DNA of 63,892 bases, counting the filler, from Octopus bimaculoides (lineage: Eukaryota): the NCBI RefSeq assembly GCF_001194135.2. It is 5 parts of 5 records of this genome, joined end to end, with 100 filler letters (N's around TTAATTAATTAA, not from the genome) between each part and the next. Parts side by side here need not be neighbours in the genome. Positions count along the whole stretch, not along the records: positions 1 to 29,986 come from NC_068983.1; 4 more parts are not named here. One strand, 5' to 3'. The position numbers and the translations under genes were made by a program. Every line of letters starts with the position of its first letter. Position 1 is the first letter of the stretch. This document shows, in pieces, positions 1 to 14,149 of this stretch. The notes under the pieces were generated by a model. It was not told the DNA's origin and made no database searches. It was given only the letters and a program-made list of their open reading frames with translations.

Positions 1-430
1 TATATATATACATTAATAGATAAATAGAATAGAATGCATAGATAGATATACACCAATAAATAAATAAAAATATTTATATATACATATATACAAACATATA
101 GATTTATCTATGCGTGTTCTTGTATGTATATATATATATATGTACGTATATTTGTATGTAAGTATGTCGGTATGTGTGTGTGTGTGTGTGTGTGTTTGTA
201 TGTAAGTAAGTATGTATGTGTGCATGTATATAAACTAGTTTGGACTGCATGCTATTATATTAATATAAATTCATCCCGTTATTTCCTTGTTCACAATTTT
301 GAAGTCTTTGTCAGGCATTATGTGAATAAATCGCCCGTCTCTCTCCATTCTCTGTGTGTGTATGTATGTGTGTTTGTGTGTGTGTGTGCGTACGTGTGCT
401 TGTATGTGTATATGTGTTTATGTGTCCGTG
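1..430. repeat. Compound (TA)n/(TG)n/(TATG)n microsatellite region
   Basis: Direct inspection; explains the low-complexity ORFs 13..225 and 124..474. Confidence 0.9.
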
Positions 431-2214
431 TGCGTGTATATCTATATGATTTTTGGGTGTGTTTTAGCCGTTGATTTTTGTTGCGAAATATTCAAGGATT
501 GATTTGTTTCGGTTTCCTTTTGTTGTGCAGCTTTTTATTTAATAAGATATTCAAACATAACGAAAATTATTGCTTGGTTAGATATAATAGAAGTTAAAAA
601 CTCATATATTTCTAAATGTTTAAAATCGTACAAAAACAACAATTACCAAAGAAATAAATATTGAACCAAAAATCGATCATTAATTAAATCTGCAGTAAAA
701 GGAGATAAATAAATGTACTGAATAAGAGTTGAAACAAACCAAATTTTATGCGCTCTTATAATCGTCGTTATAATTTGAAATACAATGAATACTGAACGGA
801 GAAAAATAGTAAAAATGAGTGTTGCTAATGCGAGATAAAAGGGAGAAGATCAAAATAACTAAAGTCAAATGATATTAACAATCTCATAGACACACACGCA
901 TATACAAATACACGTATACAAACAAATATATTTGTACGTATACGTATATAGATCGGAAGAGCGTNNNNNNNNNNNNNNNNNNNNNNNNNNNNNNNNNNNN
1001 NNNNNNNNNNNNNNNNNNNNNNNNNNNNNNNNNNNNNNNNNNNNNNNNNNNNNNNNNNNNNNNNNNNNNNNNNNNNNNNNNNNNNNNNNNNNNNNNNNNN
1101 NNNNNNNNNNNNNNNNNNNNNNNNNNNNNNNNNNNNNNNNNNNNNNATATATATATATATATATATATATATAAGGATATAAACCTATATGTGTTTGTTT
1201 GGTGAAGCAAACACGAAAGTAGAACTCCCAGCGAGCATGAGTTTTTTTTGTTAATAATTAGCAGAAGTTACAGAGTGACTCAAGTGCCTAGTAGTATTGA
1301 CACTTATCAATCTGGCTTGAAATCAGTGGTGCATAATTTTATTTATCGGTGAAAATTGTATTTCACTGGATTGTTCTGGAAGAAAATATAAAAACAATTA
1401 CAATGTCACGAGAATATTTTTCAAATGTTTTTTTCTCTCCCGTTACACGGCTCAATAGATTATTACATGAACAAATAAAGAAACAAAACTGGGAAATCTA
1501 AGAATATATGAATGCATACTTGCTCACATTCGTGAGCGTAAAAAGTGTTATGATGCAGGATTACGACTCATGGGTTAAAGATATTGTTTATTATATAGCG
1601 TAGATACATTTTGGCTAAAGATTGACCGAGTTTTTATATGACAATAGCTCCAACCAGCCACAAAATTTTTCAATGTTTTAAAAAAGTACTTGTTTACTTC
1701 TATAAAATATAGGAAAATTGTTAAGGAAAAAAAAAAATTATTAGGCTCATTCTTTAATGAAAGTTGATAACATTGCTGCTATCTACTGTTTTAGGATTTA
1801 TAAATATTGCCGCCCAACATGTATTGATTTTGTTAAATCCAATCAGGTGTGTAATTTAAGTACATTCAATTTGTTATCTCTCAATTTGGCAAGCATCTAG
1901 TAATTTTGGTGAAACTGCTTTGACTGAAACTGAATATCTCAACGATTCGATTGTAAGTACTATGCGAAGTATGGTAGTCACTAATACATGAAACGGACCA
2001 GCAGCAACAATAAAAATGGTGGCGGTCCCAATTGGAATGATGATAATAATAAAAATAGTAATTTTTGTAAAATTAAGGAGAATAATATGGAGGATACTGA
2101 TTATAATAAGTAGTCAGATAAATTGCGGGTAAATGGCCTTAGCACTGATATGATGTGTTGTAACTGAATAAGATAGTTCTTATATCGTTATATTTAATCC
2201 TTAATCCTTATACT

Positions 2215-2323
2215 ACTACTATAGCAATAGTAGTACTAGTAGGTAATTAGCAGCAACAGTTGTAGGAAGAGCAGGAGCGGCAGTTGCAGCAGTTGTGGTA
2301 TTAACAGCGGCAGCAGCAGCAGC

Positions 2324-2371
<48 letters not shown>

Positions 2372-2416
2372 TGTAGCAGAAGCGGTAGCAGCAGTAGCAG
2401 CAGTAGCAGCAACAGT

Positions 2417-2507
<91 letters not shown>

Positions 2508-2508
2508 A

Positions 2509-2555
<47 letters not shown>

Positions 2556-2590
2556 GTAGTTGTTTTTGTTGTTTTAGTAGTAGTAGTAGT
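2215..2590. repeat. Compound (TAG)n/(CAG)n trinucleotide microsatellite
   Basis: Long gtagtagta and gcagcagca runs; source of the poly-T and poly-V ORFs. Confidence 0.95.
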
Positions 2591-3689
2591 CAATGTGTTG
2601 ATACAGACAGTACATATGGTGCCGAATCTGCTGCGCTAAGATCAGTCCGCATAAAGAAAGCATTCGATTAAACAAAATATAAGAGAATTCACCCCTTTTC
2701 ATGTTTCTTAAGCACCTTCCTTATGAAGTATCTTATGCAGTGATTTCCTTAAAAAGAATTCTTCGAGATGGTGCTTGTTAAGGCATCACCATACATACCG
2801 CCGACAATGATAACTGACAGCTTTGCAAACTCCCTTGCCAAAGTCTTGAGATCTGTTCGGTCAGTTGCACAACCGCTCCACGCCTCACAGAAATGTGAAT
2901 GCAATCGCTATGCCTCGTGTTGTATTCGATATACAATGAGAAGTTACCAAAATATGTCGGGGGGNNNNNNNNNNNNNNNNNNNNNNNNNNNNNNNNNNNN
3001 NNNNNNNNNNNNNNNNNNNNNNNNNNNNNNNNNNNNNNNNNNNNNNNNNNNNNNNNNNNNNNNNNNNNNNNNNNNNNNNNNNNNNNNNNNNNNNNNNNNN
3101 NNNNNNNNNNNNNNNNNNNNNNNNNNNNNNNNNNNNNNNNNNNNNNNNNNNNNNNNNNNNNNNNNNNNNNNNNNNNNNNNNNNNNNNNNNNNNNNNNNNN
3201 NNNNNNNNNNNNNNNNNNNNNNNNNNNNNNNNNNNNNNNNNNNNNNNNNNNNNNNNNNNNNNNNNNNNNNNNNNNNNNNNNNNNNNNNNNNNNNNNNNNN
3301 NNNNNNNNNNNNNNNNNNNNNNNNNNNNNNNNNNNNNNNNNNNNNNNNNNNNNNNNNNNNNNNNNNNNNNNNNNNNNNNNNNNNNNNNNNNNNNNNNNNN
3401 NNNNNNNNNNNNNNNNNNNNNNNNNNNNNNNNNNNNNNNNNNNNNNNNNNNNNNNNNNNNNNNNNNNNNNNNNNNNNNNNNNNNNNNNNNNNNNNNNNNN
3501 NNNNNNNNNNNNNNNNNNNNNNNNNNNNNNNNNNNNNNNNNNNNNNNNNNNNNNNNNNNNNNNNNNNNNNNNNNNNNNNNNNNNNNNNNNNNNNNNNNNN
3601 NNNNNNNNNNNNNNNNNNNNNNNNNNNNNNNNNNNNNNNNNNNNNNNNNNNNNNNNNNNNNNNNNNAGAAAAAGAGAAAAGAAAAAATA

Positions 3690-3712
3690 TAATAAGAATG
3701 AAAATGATAATG

Positions 3713-3779
<67 letters not shown>

Positions 3780-3782
3780 TAA
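3690..3782. repeat. (AAT)n microsatellite
   Basis: Direct inspection. Confidence 0.95.
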
Positions 3783-4806
3783 TACACTGTAAAGATGTAA
3801 AGGATGTAATATATAAAAGCGAACACTCTCAAACCGAAAGGAATAGATGGAACTACAACTTTAATACATTATTTCGTTTTACTTACACGTTTCTTACTTA
3901 ACAGAAAATATCACATCCTTATCTGGTTATCAACGCATCATACTTTATTCTCTTAGACACTTACGTTCTTTTTCCTTTTCCTTTGTATCATCAAAGTATC
4001 GTAACAGTTCAAATCGCGAAAGAGTAATGAAAAGAAAACTACACATGAATTCAGATATATCCTTTCACATATACAGAAACCCTATGAAGTATTCATAGCC
4101 TGAGTTCGGCGGTCTTTGAAATGTGATCTCATTGAAAACAAATATATTCTCCTTTAACTATTTTCAAAGGTACTTCTGTATTGCCGGTGGTAAAAATATT
4201 GCTTTTGTTTTTGAGCATGTGATCTCTACATATAAACAAGTGTCTCAAAAATATTAGTATTGCTATGAACTCAATATTGCCGCCTGATGTTCCATGCTTA
4301 ATTGATATGCAAATGAAAAGAAAGTCTAGAAGACGCAAAATAACATGTTACATTATAATATATCTGCGTAGTTAGTAACAACGACAACAATGATGAAAAC
4401 TGTCATGGCGTTAATTCTGAATACGAAGGTTATTATTTGATGCTGTATTTGTAGCTTTTACGCCAAAGTCAGTGCTCTTGTTTTGTTATATGCATAATCG
4501 CTATAGTTCAATGTAGAATAACTACGGTGGTTAGAATGATTACAGATTAATGAATACGTCTTTTGTTTTCAGTGTAATGAAACTTCGTGAGTTTAATTTA
4601 TGAAAGTATGTATTTCTCTGCAATAACACGTTATCTAAAGAAGTAAAAGTAAAAGCATGAAAACTTTTATGGACGGTTGTGTAAAATACATAGACATACA
4701 CACACATTTACACACATATACCTATATATGCACGCACTATAAAAACACAGAAACACACACACACATGCATACGCGCACACGCACGCACACATGCATACGA
4801 TGTTCT

Positions 4807-5290
4807 AGCGCTAAGCAGTGATGTGTATAAATACAAATTTGCTACCAGTAGTAAAATACGCTTGAGCCTTTTTGGAATCCGCAGGAAAACCATTCACTGT
4901 ACTTTGTTATACAGAAAATTTCTCACTCTAGACTCAACGGTATAAACACGCCGAGTCGGTTCGCAGTGACACCTAGTATTTCTGCTCGATGCATGAAGTT
5001 CGTAGTGGGTATCTTGTCTTTAGTAACAGAGACCGGAAACAGACGCTGCGAACTGGCATCAGAGACAGCTCCCTGGTCCAATATTTCCGGATGAGAGGTT
5101 ACACTATTTAGGAGCTTACCGTAAACAAGACACAGTTTGAGAGCGCTAAGCAGTGATATGAATAAAAACGAACTTGTTGTCAATTCAAATATGCTTGAGG
5201 GTTATTTGAACCTGTAAGAAAGCCATTCACTGTATTTTCTCATAGCGGAATTTCTCACTATAAACCGAAAGTTGTAAACACACTGAGGAA
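4807..5290. repeat. Two diverged tandem copies (period 335 bp) of an interspersed-repeat segment
   Basis: agcgctaagcagtgat starts at 4807 and 5142, each followed by similar gcttgag, ccattcactgta, aatttctcact and taaacac blocks. Confidence 0.75.
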
Positions 5291-5969
5291 GCCCCCAGAG
5301 CCACTAACCAGCTCGTTGGAGGCATGCTTTTGGAATAGTCATCTCTAGGAGTATCCAATCGTATTTCAAAAACCATATCCGTTAATGTTCAAACTTTTGG
5401 GAGTCGCAAGCCATAAACAAAAATTTACATTGTCCTGATATTTGTAACTTTGTCTATGTTTATGTCCTCCAACTTTGATTGATAATAAAAGTACCAAACA
5501 TGGCGTTGATACGATATGAACAGCTACTTTCAATGTGTTGTCTCAGCATGGCCGTAATCCGATGACTGAAACTAGTAACGTGAAGGAAGATGTTTTAATT
5601 GGTACCTAACGATTTTTTAATTATGCAACAATATTTATTGACGAAAAGATTTTAAAAATTTAATTTGATTTAATTTTAGTTTATACACCAGACATTGTAG
5701 CGTATTTAATACAGTACTGAACTCCGGAAATACTTTAAAATAAACGCTGAAAGTTTGGATTTCAGTACATTAAATTAAATTGCTCAACATAAAATTGAAA
5801 AGAAAATGAATTAAGTTATATTAATTTATTTGGTTAAAATATGGAGGAAAATATGCAACAAAACAAACCAATAAATTTAGGGGTATTGAAATCAGATGTT
5901 ACCTCACAAATTCTAATATTTTTATGACAAACAAAGGATACAATATATATCGGGCTGTTAAGGCCGCTA

Positions 5970-7450
5970 TTTACTACGAGTAGAGATTTTGTGCTTTTCC
6001 ATCTTGGCTATAAATCGTTGGACACCTGGCTGATATGTCCTTATACGTGTACGAAATTGTTCCGTCAGCTGTTACTTAGTAAGTTTAGCACGGTGCTTCG
6101 ATTTCACAAAGTTAATTACAGAGTAATTCACATCAGTTCGTATTGAAATTTTAAATGCCTTACACACTAGTTTTCTTCATTTCAGAATATTTTATATCTG
6201 GAACTTGTTTCCAAAACTGAATTGCAGACTGGGATTTATAGATTATTTTTAGTCACAAGTCCTTCTGCAATTCCATTAGTTTTCTTTCCAGTGCAGATGA
6301 AGCTACAGTTAGAGGTTTGAGAACTGGACAGTCATCATGAGTTACGTCTACGATGAATAGATTTACAAGTAAGAGGAAACATTTGTATTCTTCAAGTTTG
6401 CGTTCTTTTATTTCTGTATCACGGATTGTATTGACACTCCTTCTGAGATTGGGAAATGACTGAAATGTCTTGAGAATGCGGCTCTTTAAAAAGCTGTTAT
6501 TTTGCTATGAAAGCTGAAAACTGAGTAAGATCTTAAGATCCTTTGCGTATGAAGCTGAGAGTTTGTAGAGGATTAAACATATCAATAAAGAACATCACAT
6601 GTGATCGCTTCCTCATTTTCCAGTTGCACACAGGCTCATTTCTTTTCTTTAAAGCAGGTAATAATAAGCTCCAGCAGATCTTCTAACTACTTAAAACATT
6701 GGCGGTTGATAACCATCACACAATGCGATAGAATGAATCAGTACTGGATTTATTTTCCTACTCTTATTATGGAGTAAAATGTATGAACTTTCGGTAAGTC
6801 TTCTCATTTAAATGTATGTAATTCACAGTTTCAGGGAAGGCTGCAGTACACCTGCATACTTGAAGCACGTAGCCAACAAAGAGAAAATCTGGAAAGCTCG
6901 GATCCCTTTTCATTAATATAATTAATACTACAGTTTTCTTATCATTGCAGGAGCTCCATCTGTTAAACACCGACGAAATTATTCAGTGGAATACCAGCAG
7001 TTATGAAATATCTGCCTGGCGCATTTTTCGTCATCACTACGAATTCTTTTAATTCAATCAAATCGAAAATGTTTCTCTCAGAAGTAACACACAAGTAAAA
7101 TAACGAACTAATACTGCCACATATACTGCCACATATACTGCCACATAAGTTCATTCATCAGTCGCTTAACTAAATGTGAGGAATGATATAATAAAATTGG
7201 CATTAGTTCTTTTATCGGCTGAAAGGCAAAATTTTCCAATTCTATATTTAAATTTCTGGTTTCACCTTCGTATTTTCGTTTTTCACAATATGATGATCTC
7301 ATCTACTATCACAAAACTCTCACTGACACGTTTAAGTAAAACTTGTATCCAACGTTTACCGGGTAGGTATGCGCATGAATAATTTGTATTACACTACGTT
7401 GATCTGTATATAAAAAGTGTGGTTCGGGCTAGACTTATGAAATTATCTGT
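5970..7450 (-). mobile_element. Degenerate hAT transposase (Buster/SPIN/GTF2IRD2-like), with frameshifts and stops
   Basis: Minus-strand translations give TDGAPAM (at a frameshift), LMKRDPSFPDF, FWKQVPDIKYSEMKK and the C-terminal YSVINFVKSKHRAKLT...YQPGVQRFI, matching the hAT/Buster DDE and dimerisation regions. An internal 12-bp unit (ctgccacatata) is repeated three times at about 7112-7147. Confidence 0.8.
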
Positions 7451-9916
7451 GTTGAGTTTCAACGTCGTCACCATTCTGCGCATGTAAATGTTTAACGCTC
7501 TTACATAATTTGGGGTAAACATATATTTTCGGTAAGGAAATATTAATTTTGAAACCATTCTGTGGATAACTTTGTATATATTTCTGCAATTTTCACTAGT
7601 CTCGCCTGCATGTTTTGCTTCGCTAAATTTTCTTAGAGAACAATTCAGTTTTAATAGACATATTACATGTGATCTTCTAGCACATTAACAATCCACTTAG
7701 TGGTCTCTTTCGTCCGCCACTACATTCCTCCATGGCAAGATTTAATTTGTGTATATTAAAAAAAAAATTGCGGTCCATGGGAAGAGCCGTTTTAACGATG
7801 CGTCCTCCCCAGCTCTTCGAAACGCCGGTGTTAAAACGGGGGTAGCTGATGAAGTAGAATGTTCTCTATGTGGCTTGTGTGTTTTCTCGTATCTCTTTTG
7901 TTTGCAACGTCCTGTACCCAGATATGCACCTATACATACAGGTGGATGTCGGTATGCAGATACCTGTACGTATATATGCATATACTCATTTACTNNNNNN
8001 NNNNNNNNNNNNNNNNNNNNNNNNNNNNNNNNNNNNNNNNNNNNNNNNNNNNNNNNNNNNNNNNNNNNNNNNNNNNNNNNNNNNNNNNNNNNNNNNNNNN
8101 NNNNNNNNNNNNNNNNNNNNNNNNNNNNNNNNNNNNNNNNNNNNNNNNNNNNNNNNNNNNNNNNNNNNNNNNNNNNNNNNNNNNNNNNNNNNNNNNNNNN
8201 NNNNNNNNNNNNNNNNNNNNNNNNNNNNNNNNNNNNNNNNNNNNNNNNNNNNNNNNNNNNNNNNNNNNNNNNNNNNNNNNNNNNNNNNNNNNNNNNNNNN
8301 NNNNNNNNNNNNNNNNNNNNNNNNNNNNNNNNNNNNNNNNNNNNNNNNNNNNNNNNNNNNNNNNNNNNNNNNNNNNNNNNNNNNNNNNNNNNNNNNNNNN
8401 NNNNNNNNNNNNNNNNNNNNNNNNNNNNNNNNNNNNNNNNNNNNNNNNNNNNNNNNNNNNNNNNNNNNNNNNNNNNNNNNNNNNNNNNNNNNNNNNNNNN
8501 NNNNNNNNNNNNNNNNNNNNNNNNNNNNNNNNNNNNNNNNNNNNNNNNNNNNNNNNNNNNNNNNNNNNNNNNNNNNNNNNNNNNNNNNNNNNNNNNNNNN
8601 NNNNNNNNNNNNNNNNNNNNNNNNNNNNNNNNNNNNNNNNNNNNNNNNNNNNNNNNNNNNNNNNNNNNNNNNNNNNNNNNNNNNNNNNNNNNNNNNNNNN
8701 NNNNNNNNNNNNNNNNNNNNNNNNNNNNNNNTATATATATATTGACACACACACACACACACATAAATATATGTCCATTACTAGTATATATGAAGGAGAG
8801 AGAGAAATCCGATCTCATCGGCTGGAAGAGTTTGAGGTCAATATTTTCAAGTTGATTTTCTGTCCTCGACAAGGGATAAAATATGAGTGCATCATTACAA
8901 ACCAGAACAAATGCCCAGTTCGTGGAATGCATTTATGTCGCTTTACTAAAACATAAGGAACTCAGTGAACCAGAATTCTTCAAAAAAGAAAAAAGTCATG
9001 GTAACAATTTTAAGTCACTAGTAAGAAGGGACTAAAGAAGAGTCAAAAACGCGTTCTGTGTTCACCAGGATATTGCACTACTCTAGTAATCTGTTAACAA
9101 ATAAAAAAATCGGCGAATTAGGTAGGCCCGTGATCTTCCATCCAGCCTGCAGTGCATATTTTGTACCCTTCGACATTCTGTAGGGTCCAATGCGGTATGA
9201 TATTCAAATGTGTGTGCGCCGTTGGGGGGGGGGGGAGATTTGAGGGCACTGACGTAGTATAAATAGTAGTCAAGAAATTAATATAACTGGACAACACTGA
9301 ATTTTCCGTACGAGGATTCGAGAATTAGATTCAGCAAATACATAGCCGCCAGTTATGAAAACTGAATGAATATATACAGTTGTGTAGATGAAGATTGATT
9401 CTACGAACACATGCAAATTGAGTGAATTGTCAGAGTTAATAAATTTCATAGACAGCATTATTTNNNNNNNNNNNNNNNNNNNNNNNNNNNNNNNNNNNNN
9501 NNNNNNNNNNNNNNNNNNNNNNNNNNNNNNNNNNNNNNNNNNNNNNNNNNNNNNNNNNNNNNNNNNNNNNNNNNNNNNNNNNNNNNNNNNNNNNNNNNNN
9601 NNNNNNNNNNNNNNNNNNNNNNNNNNNNNNNNNNNNNNNNNNNNNNNNNNNNNNNNNNNNNNNNNNNNNNNNNNNNNNNNNNNNNNNNNNNNNNNNNNNN
9701 NNNNNNNNNNNNNNNNNNNNNNNNNNNNNNNNNNNNNNNNNNNNNNNNNNNNNNNNNNNNNNNNNNNNNNNNNNNNNNNNNNNNNNNNNNNNNNNNNNNN
9801 NNNNNNNNNNNNNNNNNNNNNNNNNNNNNNNNNNNNNNNNNNNNNNNNNNNNNNNNNNNNNNNNNNNNNNNNNNNNNNNNNNNNNNNNNNNNNNNNNNNN
9901 NNNNNNNNNNNNNNNT

Positions 9917-10823
9917 TTGCAATGTGGGGTCGCGCATTGTCCTAGTGAAATATCATTCCTTTTCGATTCACCAAAGCGGGTTTTTTTTTCTTCAAAGCTT
10001 GGTTCAAACACTCTAATTGCTGACAGTAGACTTGAACATGGATTATTGCATTAGGTGGTAACAATTCAAAGTGAATTACTCCTCTGCAATCTCATCAGAT
10101 AGAGAGAAGAACCTTTTCGCATGAAGTTCCCTTCTCGATTATGGTTGAGCTTTTCCCTTTTTACCAAACTACTGTTTACGACGTTTAACATTTCGATAGA
10201 CGATCCATTTTTCGTCACCGGTCATAAGTCTATCCAAAAAGGGTGAAATGAATTCGCGAGAATAGAGAGAAGAGCAGATGTCAACTCAGGATTTGCGGTT
10301 GCTTTCGGACAATTCATGAGGCACCCATTTTCCAAGTTTAAGAACCTTTCCAAGTTGTTGAAGATGACGATGAGCGGTTTTATGGTCTGAACTAATCTTT
10401 ATTGCCAATTCTTCATCTGATAATGCCGGATTTTCTTCAAGTAATGCCTCGATCTTCATCTTCAAGGCTGAAATCTCCACTTCTGAACTTGACGACAAAC
10501 CATCTTCTGGAAGTCCTTTTATTCAAGCATTCTTTCCCATGAACTGGGTGTATGTTTCGAGTCGCTTCGTCTGCAGAGTTTTCTGTTTTGTACTTATAAA
10601 GCATTATGTGCCTTAAATACTCTTTGGATACTTCCATGTTAGAAAGGGTCTTAATCAAAGAAATTTTAACTCTATTATTCTGTAAAATAATGTTTAATTA
10701 GTTTAAATGTACACAAATGCATAAAAATAATTTCTAATTCTATTAGACATTCTGAAACACTATTAAATTTCATACGATTAAAAAAAAAAGGTACAATCGG
10801 ACAAAACCTATGGAATGACCTGA
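9917..10823 (-). mobile_element. Mariner (SETMAR/Mos-like) transposon, 5' part, degenerate
   Basis: HTH region MEVSKEYLRHIMLY...RRWF..FRSGDFSLEDEDR, the GKWVPHEL motif and a downstream FH*DNARPHIA. The end reads TA+tcaggtcattccatagg at 10825-10807. The 3' part is lost in the gap. Confidence 0.9.
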
Positions 10824-11206
10824 TATTTTAGATAATATCAATGAAAACTCGGATTAAACTGTGAAGGATCAGTTTCTATTCGAAAGCATATACAGGGTTG
10901 TATTGCTGCGACCGAACAACAGATATTCAGCATCCAGCAATCAAAACACTGTCCGCTAATTGTTGCAGAGGACGATGTTTGATTTGATTTTTGAAGTGCT
11001 GGAGGGAAGTATCAAGATGGTGAAATTTTAACCTAACCGAACTTTGACACCCAAAGAAAGAATCAAATTGATAAGTGCGGAGCAAAAGTTTTCAATTACA
11101 CAAAATAAAGTTAGAAGTTTACATTAAAAGAATGTACGGTAGTAGATTCATTAATCTTTCGTAGAGCCTCGTCAAATTCATAAAACACACAAAATCATTT
11201 GCAGTG

Positions 11207-11247
<41 letters not shown>

Positions 11248-12692
11248 NNNNNNNNNNNNNNNNNNNNNNNNNNNNNNNNNNNNNNNNNNNNNNNNNNNNN
11301 NNNNNNNNNNNNNNNNNNNNNNNNNNNNNNNNNNNNNNNNNNNNNNNNNNNNNNNNNNNNNNNNNNNNNNNNNNNNNNNNNNNNNNNNNNNNNNNNNNNN
11401 NNNNNNNNNNNNNNNNNNNNNNNNNNNNNNNNNNNNNNNNNNNNNNNNNNNNNNNNNNNNNNNNNNNNNNNNNNNNNNNNNNNNNNNNGTGGCTTATTAA
11501 CTTACCTCACATACACACACACACACACACACACATACACATACGCACGCACTTACGCACACGCGTGCACACATATGCACAGACGCACACACATACGCAT
11601 ACACACACACACATATACGAGTTGTTTATGTACGTGTCTGTGAAAACACTGACTTATAAACGAAGATTCCTGCGATTATATCTATATGTCGTCTCTATAT
11701 TGCTATTTTTTCCCCTTTTCACCCGGTGAAGACTTCCTTCACACTTCATGTATTGTTCATTTGCTTATGGCACAGTTTTACAATTTCCTATTTGTAGCAA
11801 TGGAGTCCTATTTATTAACCGCATGGAATCAATTTCAGATATGTGTGTTCTCTACGAAATCTGTTTTAGAAACATGCAAAAAAATTTACAATAAAACGAT
11901 TTTTTGGTACTTTAGATGTATATATTGAATGTACTAAGATGAGAGAATATCAGTAAAATATTTTGTCAGAACAATAATCCACTTCATTGTATATCAGCTT
12001 CGCCAGCGGACTAAGTTCAAAGAGTACTCTTTCTGAGAATTTTTACTTATAATATAGAGGTTATCGAGTTTTAAATATTAATAGAACTATAATGGTACGT
12101 GAAATAAGAATAAAAATGCATATAAAACATATAATTTCCATCTCATTTTTTGCAAAGTATTATGTATGTTTTCCTTCATATAGAATGGTTGTCTTTATTT
12201 TTAGTATATGCTTGTATTTTATTCCAATATTACGATATTACTCGTGCAGCTATATTACCAGGCTTCATATGAGAATATCCAAATTAATATTGGATAATTA
12301 GAAGATGGGGTGAGGAGGGAATTAAAATCATATGTTTTGTTATTTCCCTTATGTTTTTCATCATCCGCAAATGATTAAAAAATAGTTGTTTATTTATTTT
12401 ACAAGATAATTATGTATAAACAGAAAAAAAGATATTAAAAGGAAATAAACAAAACAAAACAGACGAGCCATTAATCAGATGCTACCCACCAGCAAAAGGT
12501 CAGATCTCAGTGGTGCAAATTAATTCAGCGATTTATAGATAACAGATGGTTGTTGATACTATGTCTAAATTGTTGTTGTTATTGATAAATTAGAAAATTA
12601 ATTCTGCTTTATACACTCATGCAAGTACACTTATAATCGCACATATGCTCACGTATTCACAGATGCACTCTCTCTCTCTCCTTCTCGCCCGC

Positions 12693-12741
<49 letters not shown>

Positions 12742-13237
12742 ACAGATAAATGTGTGTTGTATACATACATACATACATACGTACATTCATATGTGTATGG
12801 TGTTGGTGTGTATTAATCTGTGTGCTCTGGAGGCTGTAACATTCTAAGTGTGAATACTTCTCATAGTAATTATTACATCCAATATGTCGTTTACCCCTCC
12901 GAGTCCGGCATTGGCTTTCGATTACACTGGCATATACACAATCATATATAGATCATACACATGCATATACAGTACGCTCAGAAATATACGCATATAAAGT
13001 TTGAAACACATTCCATACCGCATGTGTTTTTCTTTCAGAAGTGAGAACATATTGATTTTTTTTTTTTGGCAATGGAAATATCGATACTATCATACTACGT
13101 GGTTTATTCATTCTTGTCCTCAAATTTATAGTCTTGTGTTCGAATCCCATTCCTAGAATCTTCATTGGATTTATTTTACCAGTTCGTGGAGTCGNNNNNN
13201 NNNNTACACCCGTATACATATATACACATACACACAT

Positions 13238-14060
13238 ACTGGGTGCGATGGGTAAATTATCGCCATTTCATATTTTATATTTCGCACATGCGCATTGTTT
13301 GTTTCTGATTTCGTTGACTACACAGTATAGTAGGGTTATCTGGGCACTATCTGTTGGAAAAACAGCACCGTGCCGCAATTCAGTCCATCAGATATTTGGA
13401 AACAACCTGTTGTACCTCTAGCCATTCGCGCCGAAGCGCCAATACGAATATATCAAGTTATTTATGTGTCACTCTGAGTGTTCAGCGTGTCTCCAAAATA
13501 TATACAGAGAGTGATAAAAATTAAACATCCCATCAACATTTTGGTGTTTGGAGTGGTCACTAGTGATGACGACGTTATGCTTTCATTCATCGTCCCATAC
13601 GGCTTTGCAATCAACATGGAGGCCTACATCAAGTGCCTGGAGGAGGTAGTGCCTGACCGAGTGAAGTGGATGGCTGCTGGAGGACCCTATGTTTAGCTAC
13701 AGGACTCTGCACCATGCCAAAAGCAGCAGGAGAATCCAATCATGTCTGTCAGACAATTTGTGGAACCATCTGAACCCTAACGTCTGGCCACCTAACTCCG
13801 CACCCTGTAATCACCTTGATTATTATATAAGGGGTGCAGTTGAGTGAGAGGGTAACAAAATGTTTGTAACACCAGAGATAAACTGAAGGCAAGGTTTATT
13901 GCGGTATTCACCAACTTAAACATAGAGTCCGCCGAGAGGAGTTGGAGGAGATTCGGATGTCATCTGGAGACCGTGGTTGAAGCCAATGGCAATTTTATTG
14001 AATAAATTTACTCTTTAGTATCTCAAGATATTTTTATGTAATTTTGCTATATATATCAAT
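13238..14060 (+). mobile_element. IS630-Tc1-mariner element, maT/Bmmar1 (DD37D-like), internally deleted
   Basis: KHPINILVFGVVTSDDDVM..., GPYV*LQDSAPC, and C-terminal HLETVVEANGNFIE* resemble Bmmar1-type transposases. Confidence 0.8.
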
Positions 14061-14149
14061 GTTACATTTGATGTAATTAATTTTTATACCAGTATACCTA
14101 ATAATTATAGGCTAGAGGCAGTTCAGTTCTGGCTGGAATAATTTCCGGA

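Noticed and set aside
950-964. AGATCGGAAGAGCGT at a contig end (reverse complement also at 25267-25280)
   Set aside because: This is the Illumina adapter sequence, so it is untrimmed adapter, not biology.
1901-1952. Isolated exon-like segments (1901-1952 +, about 4170 +, about 11800 +, about 11000 -)
   Set aside because: Splice-like signals of this quality arise by chance in AT-rich DNA; no coherent chain or homology.
2219-2639. Poly-Thr/Ala and poly-Val ORFs, and all similar poly-I/L/Y/N/T and alternating YI/CV/HT ORFs in the track
   Set aside because: They are translations of microsatellites.
2768-3901. Long ORFs that span N gaps (here and at 7.7-8.9, 18.1-19.3, 30.9-32.2, 32.7-33.8 kb and others)
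   Set aside because: Their length comes from X residues; they do not show continuous coding sequence.
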